From: Malacoraja senta
Lineage: Eukaryota
Assembly: GCA_038087875.1 (NCBI GenBank)
Contig: CM075991.1
Coordinates: 2,480,001-2,544,000 of the forward strand
Direction: 5' to 3'
DNA length: 64,000 bases
Shown piece by piece: positions 1 through 12,168 of the stretch. The stretch's first letter is position 1. The number at the start of each line of letters is the position of its first letter. The position numbers and the translations under genes are program-made. The notes under the pieces are model-generated. The model saw only the letters and a program-made list of their open reading frames with translations, searched no databases and had not been told where the DNA came from.

Positions 1-757
1 CATTGTTATACAACATTTGTTATATGGTTATATGGTTATTAGGACTGTTTCAGACACAAAGTGCTGGAGTAACTCAGTGGATCAGGCCGCATCTCTGGGG
101 AACATGGATGGGTGACGTTTCGAGTCGAGATCCTTCTTCAGCTGAGCCATCCATGTTCTCCAGAAGTGCTGCCCAACCTGCTGAGTTACTCCAGCACTTT
201 GTCTTTTTGTACATTAACCAGCATCTGCAGTTTCTATGTTAGGCCAGTATCCTACTGTCCCTTTCCTATTTAAGTGTCTTTCTAAATACCTCTTAAATGT
301 AATGCATTGATCCCACCTCCACCAACATGGTCTAGATGTCAACCACTCTCTGTATATATTAAAAAAGTGACCTCCGGATCCGTTAAAGCTCCTTCCTCAC
401 CCCTTAACTAATGCCCCCTTGTCTCTGATACCGTTAACTGGGAAAAGGATATTGACTGCCCACCATATGTCCACCATATTGACTATACCAGTCACATTAT
501 CGTGTACCATCTGATTAGTTTTGGAGATTAGAAATGTGTAGGAGTGTATCCGCTTAAATTTAAAGAGTGTTTTATAAATTGGAATGGATTAACCAAGCTG
601 TTGTTTGTTGAATGTGTTTCTGTCATGCTGTGTTTTCAGAGTGAAATCACAATAAATAAATCTTCATTTCGTAGTTATCATTGATTTAAATAACTTTGTT
701 TAAAGATGCAGCAAGGAAACAGGTCCTTCAGTCCACCGAGTCCACACTGAACATTGA

Positions 758-1525
758 ACCCTGTCTCCAACATGATCCCACCACTTGCCACATCTTCCCA
801 ACTCCTCCCCTGTCTGCTTTCCGCAAAGACCGCTCCCTCCGTAGCTCCCTGGTCAATTCGTCCCTTCCCACCCGAACCACTTCAACCCAAAAGGTGCTGC
901 GTACTTTCCCTTGCAACCGAAGGAAATGCTACACTTGTCGCTTTATCTCCCCCCTTGACTCCATCCAAGGACCTAAGCAGTCTTTCCAGGTGTGGCAGAG
1001 GTTCACCTGCACCTCCTCCAACCTCATCTATTGCATCCGCTGCTCTAGATGTCAGCTGCTCTACATCGGTGAGACCAAGCGTAGGCTTGGCGATCGCTTC
1101 GCCCAACACCTCCGCTCGATTCGCAATAACCAACCTGATCTCCCGGTGGCTCAGCACTTCAACTCCCCCTCCTATTCCGAATCCGACCTTTCTGTCCTGG
1201 GCCTCCTCCATGGCCAGAGTGAGGACCACTATAAATTGGAGGAGCAGCACCTCATATATCGTTTGGGCAGTTTGCACCACATCTCTAATTTCAGGTAGTC
1301 CTTACTTTCTCCTCCTCTTCTCAGCTCTCCCTCAGCCCACTGGCTCCACCTCTTCCTTTCTTTTCCCGCCTACCCCCCCCCCCCCCTCACATCAGTGTGA
1401 AGAAGGGTTTCGACCCGAAGCGTTGCTTATTTCCTTTGCTCCATAGATGCTGCCTCACCCGCTGAGTTTCTCCAGCATTTTTGTCTACCTTTGATTTTCC
1501 AGCATCTGCAGTTCCTTTTTAAACA
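758..1525 (+). mobile_element. 5'-truncated Penelope-like element (GIY-YIG endonuclease C-terminus plus pLTR tail)
   Basis: Encodes ...FTCTSSNLIYCIRCSRCQLLYIGETKRRLGDRFAQHL...HFN. 12-bp TSD ACTGAACATTGA (746-757 and 1526-1537). Inserted into a SINE. Confidence 0.9.
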
Positions 1526-3943
1526 ACTGAACATTGATCACCCGTTCACACTAGTTCTCTTTTCCCACTTTCACATCCACTTCCTCCACACTGGGAACAA
1601 TTTACGGTGACCAATTAACCTACAAACCTACATGTCTTTGGGAAGTGGGATGAAACCCCGGGGCACCCAGAAGAAACCCACGTGGTCACGGGGAGAACGT
1701 GCAAACGGCACATAAACAGGCCCCGAGGTCAGGATTGAACCCAGGTCTCTGGTGCTGTGAGGGAGCAGCTCCATCAGCTGCTCCACTGTGCCACCCAAGT
1801 GACTTAAACAATCAGTTTGCAATTTTTTCCTAACGCTTTGAATGGGAAGAGAGGATCTATAAAGGGTCTGGCAAAAATGGCGTTAAAGATATCTACTCAA
1901 GTAAAATCACACATAACCACGGTATTTCAGTGCAATTTTAAACTGAAATAACTTTTTATTTTGCAGGCTGATTTATGTGACAAGATGGAACAATCTTGTA
2001 TGGAAAGAGACCAGAACGTGGGAGGAAGTTGAGATGTGTAACTCGAGCTCGAGCACTTGTCAGAGATCCAGCTGTGTGACTGGATTCTTAAAGTGAAACA
2101 TGCACTTTCACAAGCAATGAAACACGTTAAATGATGTGATTTGAAAGATTAATGATGCATGGTAATAACACGATCACCTTGTTTACATCATTGTAATTAC
2201 TGTGCCACTATGTACACACAGCTTTCATCAATGAACTTCCTAATTCACATCTGGTTTCATTCTTAATATAAAAACTCCATTATTCATTCCAACATTCGCG
2301 CAAATGTAAATGGAAGCAGGTGCAATGAAACTTCCTCATATGATTAAAAATATATATTCTGCACACAAACATAGGTGAGGTTGTGGATAGTGAGGAAGGT
2401 TGTCTAAGACCCTTGCGGCATATAGATCAGGTGAAAAGTTGGGCAGAGCAATGGCAGATGGAGTGTGGTCGCAACAAACGTGAGGCGATGTGAGGTGAGG
2501 GAAGTCATAGGGTGGGGCATACTCATAAATGGTCGACAACTAAGTGATGTTAATGAACTGAAACCAAGGGATCCAAGTCCTCTGTTCCCTGCAGCAACAC
2601 TGGTCAATAGAGTGGTGGAGAAGGCAAATAGCATACTTGGCTTAATAGGTCAAGGCCCAGAGGAAAACTCTGTGACTAAGATGTTCCTGCTATAGAAGAT
2701 GGTGCCTCAATAACAAACATTTTGAAAGAAAGTAAAACTAAGCCCCTTTCTGCCATGGAGATGACCACGGCACGACATAGCTGAAGGTTTCCTCTGAGTG
2801 CTCCGGTTTCTTCCCACATCCCAAAGGTGTGTAGGTTAAATGTTAGTTTAGAGATATAGCGCAGAAACAGGCCCTTCGGCCCACCAGGTTTGCCCCAACA
2901 TGTGGTCCCCGCAAATTAACACTATCTTACATACACTCGGGACAATTTACCTTTATACCAACCAATTAACCTACAAACCTGTACGTCTGTGGAGTGCGGG
3001 GAAAAAACCAAAGACCTCAGCGAAAACCCACGCAGGTCACGGGGAGAACGTACAGACTCCGTACTGACAGCGTAGAGTGAGGATCGAACCTGGGTCTCTG
3101 GCGCTGTGAGGCAGCAACTCTAATGCTGTACCACCGTGCCACATGGTAGTTAGCCTCTATAAAATTGTCCCTGGTGTGTACGGAGTTAATTAGAAAGTGG
3201 GATAACATACAACTCGTGAACGGGTGATCTATGATCGACGTGGACCGAAGGGCCTGTTTCCAGGCTGTATCTCTAAATAAAATGATCCAATTTCTTACTT
3301 GGGTAGACTAAAAACGATTGGGACTATAACGTTATGTTAACATTTAGAATAAGGAATACGATACCAAGACATATAGACAAATGAGTACATAGGTAAGTTC
3401 AACAGGTGCAAGTTCTTAGACATGCATATATCTGAAGATCTGTCCTGGACCCAGCACATTGATGCAATCATAAAGCAAGTCCATCAACACCTCGACCTCC
3501 TTAGAAAATTGAGATTTAGGTAGGTCAATAAATACTCCATTGAACTTCTGCAAGTGTACTCTAGAGAACATCTATATTACTAACAGTAAGATCTTGACCG
3601 CGTTTGACTCACTGCGATGTGATTTCCGAGAGAACGCCGCCACTTACGGCCGTCATTTTTGGCCACCCTCCGCCGGACTGGACCGGAGGATTTTTCCCAT
3701 CGATGAACATTCAGAGAGATATTAATGTTTTTTAAAATTTCGCCATTCTCTATGCTGCCCTTGCTGGTGGGAGGGGGAGGGACTATAAAATCCGGAAGTG
3801 GTGTGCCTCACTCAGTCTCTGCAAGATGGTGGAAGCGAGAGGGTCACGTCTCTCTGAGCTCAGAATAACACTGAACACATGTCTACTCAACTGTGAGTGC
3901 CCTTAATGTGGTTTGAAAATGAAAATATGGTTGGTTTGAAAAA

Positions 3944-4392
3944 GGCACTGCAAATGGTTGTTTGGAGGGTTTGGGTTGAAGTAAAAAGGCACTGCAAATG
4001 GTTGTTTGGGTTGAAGTAAAAAGGCACTGCAAATGGTTGTTTGGGGGGTTTGGGTTGAAGTAAAAAGGCACTGCAAAGGGTTGTTTGGGGGGTTTGGGTT
4101 GAAGTAAAAAGGCACAGCAGAGAATTGCTTGGGGGTTTGGGTTGAAGTGAAAAGGCACTGCAGACGGTTGTTTGGGGGTTTTGGGTTGAAGTGAAAAGGC
4201 ACCGCAAATGGTTGTTTGGGGGTTTTGGGTTGAAGTGAAAAGGTACTGCAAATGGTTGTTTGGGGGTTTTGGGTTGAAGTGAAAAGGCACTGCAAATGGT
4301 TGTTTGGGGGTTTTGGGTTGAAGTGAAAAGGCACTGCAAATGGTTGTTTGGGGGTTTTGGGTTGAAGTAAAAGGCACTGCAAATTGTTGTTT
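3944..4392. repeat. Minisatellite, about 42-bp unit (GGCACTGCAAATGGTTGTTTGGGGGTTTTGGGTTGAAGTGAAAA), about 11 copies
   Basis: Visible tandem array. Confidence 0.95.
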
Positions 4393-4756
4393 GTCTAAAC
4401 TTGACAACTTCCTGTTAGCACTATATTGATTTTAGATAAAACGCTACCACTTACGGCTGTGATTTTGGCCATCTTACTCAGTCCCCCTCTGCTCATCAGG
4501 TGCAGAGGATTCTTCCCATCAATTAAATTTAAAAGTGTTATAAGTGTTTAAAAAATGTTGAGAATCTCTCTCCTGTCAATCACACCATGAAGGCCACACC
4601 TTTTCCGGTTGCAGGGGGTGGGATTATAAAACCCGGAAGTGTGGGTGTGGCTCAGTCTGCATGATGGGGAGGGAGAGGTCACGACTCTGAACTGTGAATC
4701 AACTGAACACACTGAATGTCTACTGAACTGTGAGTGTGGTGTTTTGTGTGGTTTTA

Positions 4757-5105
4757 TGGTGGTTTCACCCTGCTTGGTATGAAACTGCATTTGAATGTGG
4801 TGGCCTTGCACCCTGCATGAAATGGTATGAAAGTGCATTTGAATGTGGTGTCGTTGCACCCTGCATGAAATGGTATGAAACTGTATTTGAATTTGGTGGC
4901 CTTGCACCCTCCTTGAAATGGTATGAAACTGCACTTGAATTCGGAGGCCTTGCACCCTGCTTGAAGTGGTAGGAAACTGAACCTGAATGTGGTGGCCTTG
5001 CACCCTGCTTGAAGAGGTAAGAAACTGCACTTAAATTTGGTGGCCTTGCACCCTGCTTGAAATGGATTTGAATTTGGTGGCCTAGCACTCTGCTTGAAAT
5101 GGAAT
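4757..5105. repeat. Minisatellite, about 48-bp unit (GGTGGCCTTGCACCCTGCTTGAAATGGTATGAAACTGCATTTGAATGT), about 8 copies
   Basis: Visible tandem array. Confidence 0.95.
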
Positions 5106-6144
5106 TTCAAGGAATAGCCGCGAGTCAACTGCCTGCCCACCAGCCGTGAGTGAGCTGCCAGCACATCAGACGTGAGGGACTGAGCTGCCACCCCAAAAAT
5201 CCATTTGGCCCACAATGTCTATACTAGTCCTCTGGAGACCAGTAGTCCCTGCAGCCAACATCACCTATACCAGCGCTCCAGAAAGCCCCCCCCCCCCCCA
5301 CTGGCCACCAATATTGGAATTGGTGGAGAGGTGGAATATTGCATCGGGGGACCAGCCCTCCCGTGTGAACATGGGACCCTACGGGTCCCACTTAGTCTAG
5401 TATTGACTGGTTGCATCACAGCCTGGTTCAGTGACTCAAACACCCAGGAACTAAGCAGATTTCAAAAAGTGGTCCTCAACAGGGTACTGACCTCCCCATC
5501 ATTGAAGGGGTCTGTAAGAGGTGCGTTTCAAAAACACTCCCAGCATCATCCGATGAGCCGGCATGGGGAGAAACCACAGAGAGGGAGAACAAAGGAGGAT
5601 CCGGTGTGGGGGAACTGCCAAGAACTAAGGGGGATGTGTTAAAAATGGTTTGTGTAAAATGGAATAGTTTGTAACGTTGTCTCCGCTCTTTATGTGGCGA
5701 CGTTTTGCATACATTGGGTGAGTAAAACAAGAATATCATGTGATTTGTCACGTGTGACAATAAACTCATTCATTCAAGGAACTACGCCACCCTGGCCACA
5801 CAGTCATTTCACTCCGGCCATCGGGAAGAAGGTACAGGAGTCTGTAAACTAACGTCCAGGTTCAAGAACAGCTTCTTCGCAACGACCATCAGGCTATTGA
5901 ACACCATGAACGCCAACTGAACTCCAAACTGCGTTCACTGTACTAGAGACTTCGGGCTTTGGCTTTTTTGCACCGCATTTGGGTATTTTTTAATCCATTA
6001 ACTTTTTTTTTACATTGTTGACTTCAGTGTACACAGTTGAGTACATGACAAAAAAACACTCGACTCAGACATTGCTGAACTTCACCATTTCATCACATTA
6101 TTAGGCGGCACTTCTAAAGGGTTCTCCCATTGCTCACATACTAA

Positions 6145-6230
6145 CTGCTGCACACACCTCTCACCACTAGATGGGACTTCAAAGCTGCTGCACACACCTC
6201 TCACCACTAGATGGGACTTCAAAGCTGCTG
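6145..6230. repeat. Perfect 40-bp tandem duplication
   Basis: CTGCTGCACACACCTCTCACCACTAGATGGGACTTCAAAG twice, plus CTGCTG. Confidence 0.95.
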
Positions 6231-6291
6231 TCCCCATTTTACTTCAAAAATTACACCTTAAATTTTCTTTCAAAGCATTTTTAAATATATA

Positions 6292-7010
6292 TTTTTTAAT
6301 TTTTATTAGAAGCAATTGTACACAGATAAAACATTCGGCATCTAAAATTATACAATTATTGTATAGCTTCATTTTTAACCTTATAACCTGAAAATGAAAA
6401 AAGAAAAGAAAAAGAGAACAAGACAGAAAAAAAGTGAAAAGATAGATCGAAAAAGAATAAGGGAAAGGCCTCTAAACTACCAAAGTATTGTGGCCGAAAG
6501 ATATAGAAATAAGAAAAAAGGAAAAGAAAGGTGGAGATATACCTTGCCCCTCATCCCCCCCTCCCCGCCCACCTCACCCAACCCGGCATCAGATTTAAAT
6601 TTAAATTTGTGTTGCACCATACTATTCTTGTAAGAATTCGGTGAAGGGTGTCCATGTCTTGAGAAATTGATCTGGTTTTTCCGCCAAGACAAGCCTAACG
6701 TTTTCCAAATGTAGTGTCTCGGACATGTTTGTGATCCACATCTTCACTGTAGGGACTGTTGTCTGTTTCCAAAATTTAAGTATTAGTTTTTTCGCCGTTA
6801 TCAGGCCATAATTAAGAAAACGTCTTTGAAATAATGTTAGCTCAGAGCAGGCCTCTGACATATCTAATGTGATCAATTTTATGTCGGGATCCAATTTTAT
6901 TTTAAGTATTTTGGAAAAGATATCAAAAATTCCCATCCAGAAGTTTTGTAATTTTGTAAAGGAAGCAAAGGAATGGGTTATGGTTGCTTCTTGGGGGAGA
7001 CATTTAGCTT
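6292..7010 (-). mobile_element. L1/Tx1-clade LINE 3' fragment
   Basis: AKKLILKFWKQTTVPTVKMW...FLKTWTPF (L1-type ORF2 C-terminus); A-rich 3' end. Confidence 0.75.
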
Positions 7011-8088
7011 CGAAGGTAAATCAAATCTCTTGTCTATTTTCACTGGCTCCTTTCTTTGAAAATGTCCCCAATTTCTTGCCGATAAAGCAAAAAAGTTTTC
7101 AGAAATTAAAAAAGTTCTCTTCAATGCAAGTCTGTCAAACAGCATTTAAACTTCCCTCCTCTACCTCCCTTGGAACCAGATCAGAAGGAACAGCTGATAG
7201 GAACAAGAGCAGTTTGACTTGCGCCCAGTATCAACACAAAAAGACAAACACTGTGGCAATAACAGCTTTTGTTTTGACTCATCAGAAAAACTCTGCCCAT
7301 TGTTTGCGTAACTATCCACAGGCCGTGTCTTGGCAAAATAACTGAAAATGAAAATGCTGACTAAAATTGCATTTCAATACCTGGAATTATTAATCATTTA
7401 GGAGGATGCAGTTTACAACCTAATTTCCAAATTGTGATGGTTCATTTAAGGGTTACTAGAATAGAAACATAGAAAATAGGTGCAAGAGGAGGCCATTCAG
7501 CCCTTCGAGCCAGCACCGCCATTCATTGTGATCATGGCTGATCGTCCCCAATCAATAACCCGTGCCTGCAATAGTACAGCATAGGATACAGCATAGGAAG
7601 GAAAGAAGCATAGATAGACAGTCAGAACCTTTTGTCCCAGCATGGAAATATACAGCACTAGAGGGCATAGTTATAAGGTGAGAAGGGGGACGTTTAATGG
7701 AGATGTATGGGTGTGTTATTGAGATGTTTTGTTGCATAGAGTAGTGATGTAAAAACAATTTGTTGCATAGAGTAGTAATATAAAAACAAGGATGTAATGT
7801 GGAGGCTTCATAAAAGGCACTGCTCAGACTGCATTTGGAATTGGCATTTGAAATTCAAGTTGGCGATATGCAGAATACTGCCCTGCCGACTACAAATTCA
7901 GAAGGATTATCATGAGTTTTGGGCCAGGATTTTAGACGATGGGCCGAATGGCCTAATTATGTTCCAAAAACGTATGAACTTATGAATAGTGATGTCTAAG
8001 ATGCTTTTAGATGGGCATTGGGATATGCAGGGAATATGGATCATACACCGGCAGATGATACCAGTTTAACTTGCATCATGTTCACCAT

Positions 8089-8634
8089 TGTTAGGTGCTC
8101 CCCCTCCTGGTCAATGTTATGTATTAACCTTTCTCTGTTTCTTTCCCGAGTGCAGGCTAAAAGGCTCCTGTACCCAATTGGCCAAGCTGCGTCAGGTGAC
8201 GGGTGACTCATCTGAAGTATAAATACGAGAGTTCCCAGAATTCTCGTTCTCTCTCCGACGACCCTGCCTCGTGAGCTGATTGCTGGTGTGGGCTGTGGAA
8301 GGCCTGGCCACATGGCATAGAACTTTGTGTAATTTCAACATTACGTAGTACCAAATATTGAATTGGGCTGTCCTTAGAAGTTATCGGTATTTTGTTTCAG
8401 GGATAGCTTTCTTTTAGGCAGGTTTAGAGCCTCAGGTTCGACGGTCCATCGCGTGGCTGGCCTGAGCACTTTTAAGTTGTTTGTTAATCCATTCATATCC
8501 TTGTCTGGGTTGTTTGAATCAGGTTTGGGTTTTTGGGTGTGTTATTGAGTAATTAAAAACTATTTTTGAACTTAAACCTGGTTTTTGACTTATGTTACGC
8601 GACTCTGAAGTACCTGCTTTCGGGAGTCGTAACA
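8089..8634 (+). repeat. 5' LTR
   Basis: TGTTA...TAACA; TATAAATA near 8218; near-identical to 11622-12168. Confidence 0.95.
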
Positions 8635-8637
8635 AAA

Positions 8638-8650
8638 TGGGGGCTCGTCC
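8638..8650 (+). promoter_or_regulatory. Primer-binding site, tRNA-Pro
   Basis: TGGGGGCTCGTCC, 3 nt after the 5' LTR, equals the first 13 nt of the canonical tRNA-Pro PBS. Confidence 0.85.
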
Positions 8651-8734
8651 TAAGTTTTGAGGACCCTAGACGTTTTGGGGGGTTTTGGTAGGCTTCTGGT
8701 GACTGAGGAAGTCTGTGTGTTGTGAGGGAAATTT

Positions 8735-10162
8735 TTGTTCCCTGTTTGTGGTAGCATTGGTGCCCAGGGTTTAGCTGGTGCTTTGGCTACATTTGATATG
8801 GAGTCTAAATGGAAGGACTTTATTGAGGCTCCTAGTCGGAAGTTGTTTGATCGAGGTACGAAGGAGCATTTGATTTTTCTGGCAGAGAACTATGAAGTGC
8901 CTATTGACCCACATGCAAAGAAACAGGTAATTAAATCGGTGTTGTGGGCTGCATTGGTGGACCGTGGGGTTTTGCCTGGCTGTGCAGACAGTCCCACACC
9001 TTCCGGTCAGCCTGGTCAGGCCATGAAGGCAACCATAAGGTTGAAGAAGTTAGAGCTGGCATTGGTGACCAAAAGAGCAGAGGAGGAGACAAAAAGAGCA
9101 GAGGAGACAAAAAGAGCAATGAAAAAGGATGAGCTCATGCATGTTCTTGAAATGAAACGGCTTGAGCTTGAGGAGGAAACCAAGAGGGCACAGATTAGGC
9201 TGCGGGAGAAAGAATTAGATATGATTATGGAAGACTTTGGGAATGATCTCCCTGAGAGGGTTACTGCTTACCTTAATGAGCAGAAGGTGAATGAGGTGTC
9301 TGGAGCCGCGGTGTTGGCAGAGGAGTATGTATTGACTCATAAAACTGATTTTGTTGGGTGCTCCTATAGTTTTGATGCATGGCCGGTTGATCGTGGTGGT
9401 GTCGCCGGTGGCAGTGTCAAAGATGTTTCTGTGCCTGCAAGTGGCAGCACGTTGATACAGGGGGAGGTCCGAGCTGATAAGGTTGAAGGAAATTTGAGGA
9501 CTAGCGAAGGTCCTGTGTGCTACTATTGTGGAGGGAGAGGGCACATGTTAAAGGCGTGTCCCGTTCTGAAGCAGAAAGATGCAAAGCCTGTGGCTTTGGT
9601 GGGTACACAGAAGGCACCTGTGGTACCTGAGGTGCCTGAGTCTGATGAGTGTAGGAATTATTCTGCGTTCATCATGAATGGTTTTGTTTCTCTGGAGGAT
9701 GGGGGTGATAGAGTTCCAGTATCCATCTTGCGTGATACTGGTGCTACTCAGTCCTTTATATTGGAGAGTGTACTGCCGTTTTCTGGGGAATCATCGGTTG
9801 GGTCAAGTGTCCCTGTGGTAGGATTCGGGATGGATGGCATGGTAGTGCCTTTGCATACCGTGAGTCTCGAGTCCGAGTTGGTTTCAGGCCGGGTAACTAT
9901 TGGGTTACGGCCGTGTTTTCCCGTTGAGGGAGTTTCTGTAATTTTGGGGAATGACTTGGCAGGAGGTAGAGTTTTAGTTACTCCTGAGGTGACGGCTGTT
10001 CCGATGGTGCAGAGTCCTGACAGATTGGCTATGCAGCATCCGAGGGTCTTCGCAGCTTGTGCTGTCACGAGGGCTATGGCTAAGAGCCAGGCGAAGTTTG
10101 AGGATGTAGTGGACCTGAGTGAGAGCATTTTGGGGATCAGGATGAGGGATCCTGTGTTGTGA
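8735..10162 (+). CDS. Retrotransposon Gag-protease ORF (coiled coil, CCHC zinc knuckle, aspartic protease); appears internally shortened
   Basis: CYYCGGRGHMLKAC knuckle; LRDTGATQS and ILGNDL protease motifs. Confidence 0.85.
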   Translation: MFPVCGSIGAQGLAGALATFDMESKWKDFIEAPSRKLFDRGTKEHLIFLAENYEVPIDPHAKKQVIKSVLWAALVDRGVLPGCADSPTPSGQPGQAMKATIRLKKLELALVTKRAEEETKRAEETKRAMKKDELMHVLEMKRLELEEETKRAQIRLREKELDMIMEDFGNDLPERVTAYLNEQKVNEVSGAAVLAEEYVLTHKTDFVGCSYSFDAWPVDRGGVAGGSVKDVSVPASGSTLIQGEVRADKVEGNLRTSEGPVCYYCGGRGHMLKACPVLKQKDAKPVALVGTQKAPVVPEVPESDECRNYSAFIMNGFVSLEDGGDRVPVSILRDTGATQSFILESVLPFSGESSVGSSVPVVGFGMDGMVVPLHTVSLESELVSGRVTIGLRPCFPVEGVSVILGNDLAGGRVLVTPEVTAVPMVQSPDRLAMQHPRVFAACAVTRAMAKSQAKFEDVVDLSESILGIRMRDPVL

Positions 10163-10280
10163 TGGGTGTTTCTACATCTCAAGAGGGGATAGTGTCTGGA
10201 AATGTGCCGGTGTAGCTGTCAAATGACTGGTTGAGGAGCAAAAGAGTGATCCAGGTTTATCTGAGCTGTTCGACCGCGCG

Positions 10281-11555
10281 GTGCCTGAGGGGGATATGGA
10301 TTCCACAGCAAAGGGGTATTTTCTAAGGGAGGGCGTACTGATGCGAAAGTGGTCTCCCTTGGATGTATCTGGGCATGATGATTGGAGCGTGGTTGATCAG
10401 ATTGTAATACCTCGTCGGTATAGGGACGAGATTGTTTGGCTCATGATGGTCCTCTGGGTGGACATTTGGGAGTCAATAAGACGAATGACCGTATCTTATG
10501 GAATTTTTTTTGGCCAGGGTTGAAAAAGGACGTGAAACAGCAGTGCAGGTGTTGTCACATTTGCCAGGTGGCAGGAAAGCCAAACCAATCGATTGTTCCT
10601 GCGCCTAAGCCTGTTTTGGCTGCAGTGGTGCTGCCCCCTGACACGGGTGGTGAGGCATTTGGGATGCGCAATGCGCCGGCAACCTTCCAACGGTTGGTGA
10701 ACATTGTATTGTCTGGTTTGTCCTTCTGTGAGGCATACCTTGATGATTTGGTTGTGTGCTCCAGGTCGTGGATCGAACACATCGGTCATCTGAAGGAGGT
10801 ATTCCATCATCTAGCGGAGGCAAAGCTAACTATCAATCTGGGGAAGTGTGAGTTTGGCCAGGCCACGGTAACGTATTTGGGTAAGGTGGTGGGCCGGGCT
10901 CAGGTTCGCACTCTCAAGGAAAAGGTGGAGCATATTGTCGCATTTCCTGCTCCAACCTCGAGGACTGAACTCCGTAGGTATCTGGCTATGGTTGGTTACT
11001 ATAGGGGATTCTGTCCAAACATCTCTGCGGTGGCTGCCCCTTTGACGGATTTGCTGAGTCCAAAGGTAGTTTTTGTGTGGTCCGCAGTGTCAACAAGCCT
11101 TTGATCATACTAAAAGTCTTCTGGTGCACACACCTGTGCTTGCGGCACCTGATTTTGAGCGTCCATTTAAGCTGGCAGTGGATGCTAGTGATCGTGGGGT
11201 TGGGGGAGTTCTTCTACAGGATGATTCAGATGGGGTGGAGCATCCAGTTTCGTACTTATCTAAGAAGTTTAATCGGCATCAGAAGTGGTACTCCACCATT
11301 GAGAAAGAGGCCCTTGCTATTTTAATGTCTCTAAATCATTTCGAGGTTTATGTTGGCTCCTCGAATGTCCCTGTCATCATACTCACGGATCATAATCCGT
11401 TGGTATTTTTGCATAATATGAAGAATAAGAACCGACGGTTAATGAGCTGGAGTTTGCAGCTGCAAGACTACAACCTGGAGGTCAGGCATATCCGTGGCAA
11501 GGATAATGTCTTGGCTGACGCCTTGTCGCGCCAGTGGAGTTTAGCTCCTGAATAG
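10281..11555 (+). pseudogene. Disrupted pol: integrase Zn-binding N-terminus, then partial RT, then RNase H
   Basis: AHDGPLGGHLGVNKT...CHIC (HHCC); FGMRNAPATFQR and AYLDDL (RT); AVDASD, EKEALA, TDHNPL and NVLADALSR (RNase H). Frameshifts near 10436 and 11080. Confidence 0.88.
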
Positions 11556-11621
11556 TTTCGGGGATTTGGTGGTGTTTTTTCTCTCTTCATCCGAAACTTT
11601 TTCAGTATCTTTGGGTGGGGG

Positions 11622-12168
11622 TGTTAGGCGCTCCCCCTCCTGGTCAATGTTATGTATTAACCTTTCTCTGTTTCTTTCCCGAGTGCAGGCTAAAAGGCTC
11701 CTGTACCCGATTGGCCAAGCTGCGTCAGATGACGGGTGACTCATCTGAAGTATAAATACGAGAGTTCCCAGAATTCTCGTTCTCTCTCCGACGACCCTGC
11801 CTCGTGAGCTGATTGCTGGTGTGAGCTGTGGAAAGGCCTGGCCACATGGCATAGAACTTTGTGTAATTTCAACATTACGTAATACCAAATATTGAATTGG
11901 GCTGTCCTTAGAAGTTATCGGTATTTTGTTTCAGGGATTGCTTTCTTTTAGGCAGGTTTAGAGCCTCAGGTTCGACGGTCCATCGCGTGGCTGGCCTGAG
12001 CACTTTTAAGTTGTTTGTTAATCCATTCATATCCTTGTCTGGGTTGTTTGAATCAGGTTTGGGTTTTTGGGTGTGTTATTGAGTAATTAAAAACTATTTT
12101 TGAACTTAAACCTGTTTTTTGACTTATGTTACGCGACTCTGAAGTACCTGCTTTCGGGAGTCGTAACA
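11622..12168 (+). repeat. 3' LTR
   Basis: TGTTA...TAACA, preceded by the G-rich PPT gggtggggg (11613-11621); about 7 substitutions and 1 indel versus the 5' LTR by eye. Confidence 0.95.

Larger units (their letters stand above)
3571..5400 (+). mobile_element. Non-autonomous Helitron with internal minisatellites
   Basis: 5' TC(TATATTACTAA); 3' hairpin GGGACCC-TAC-GGGTCCC then CTAG. Inserted between A and T with no TSD, splitting a LINE remnant (gagaacA|Tattgactggttgcatcac). Confidence 0.85.
8089..12168 (+). mobile_element. Gypsy-superfamily (Gmr1-like) LTR retrotransposon, internally deleted
   Basis: Two LTRs of about 546 bp (TG...CA), 5-bp TSD ACCAT (8084-8088 and 12169-12173), PBS, PPT, and gag-PR-IN(N-term)-RT(part)-RNase H remnants. 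Confidence 0.95.

Noticed and set aside
3944..5105. CRISPR-like regular repeats
   Set aside because: Head-to-tail tandem units with no unique spacers, in a vertebrate context with no cas genes.
3883..5215. Several 100-170 aa ORFs with repetitive peptides
   Set aside because: They are translations of the two minisatellites inside the Helitron.
7708..7723. 16-nt match (tgggtgtgttattgag) to the nearby LTR sequence
   Set aside because: Too short and low-complexity to distinguish a templated insertion from chance.
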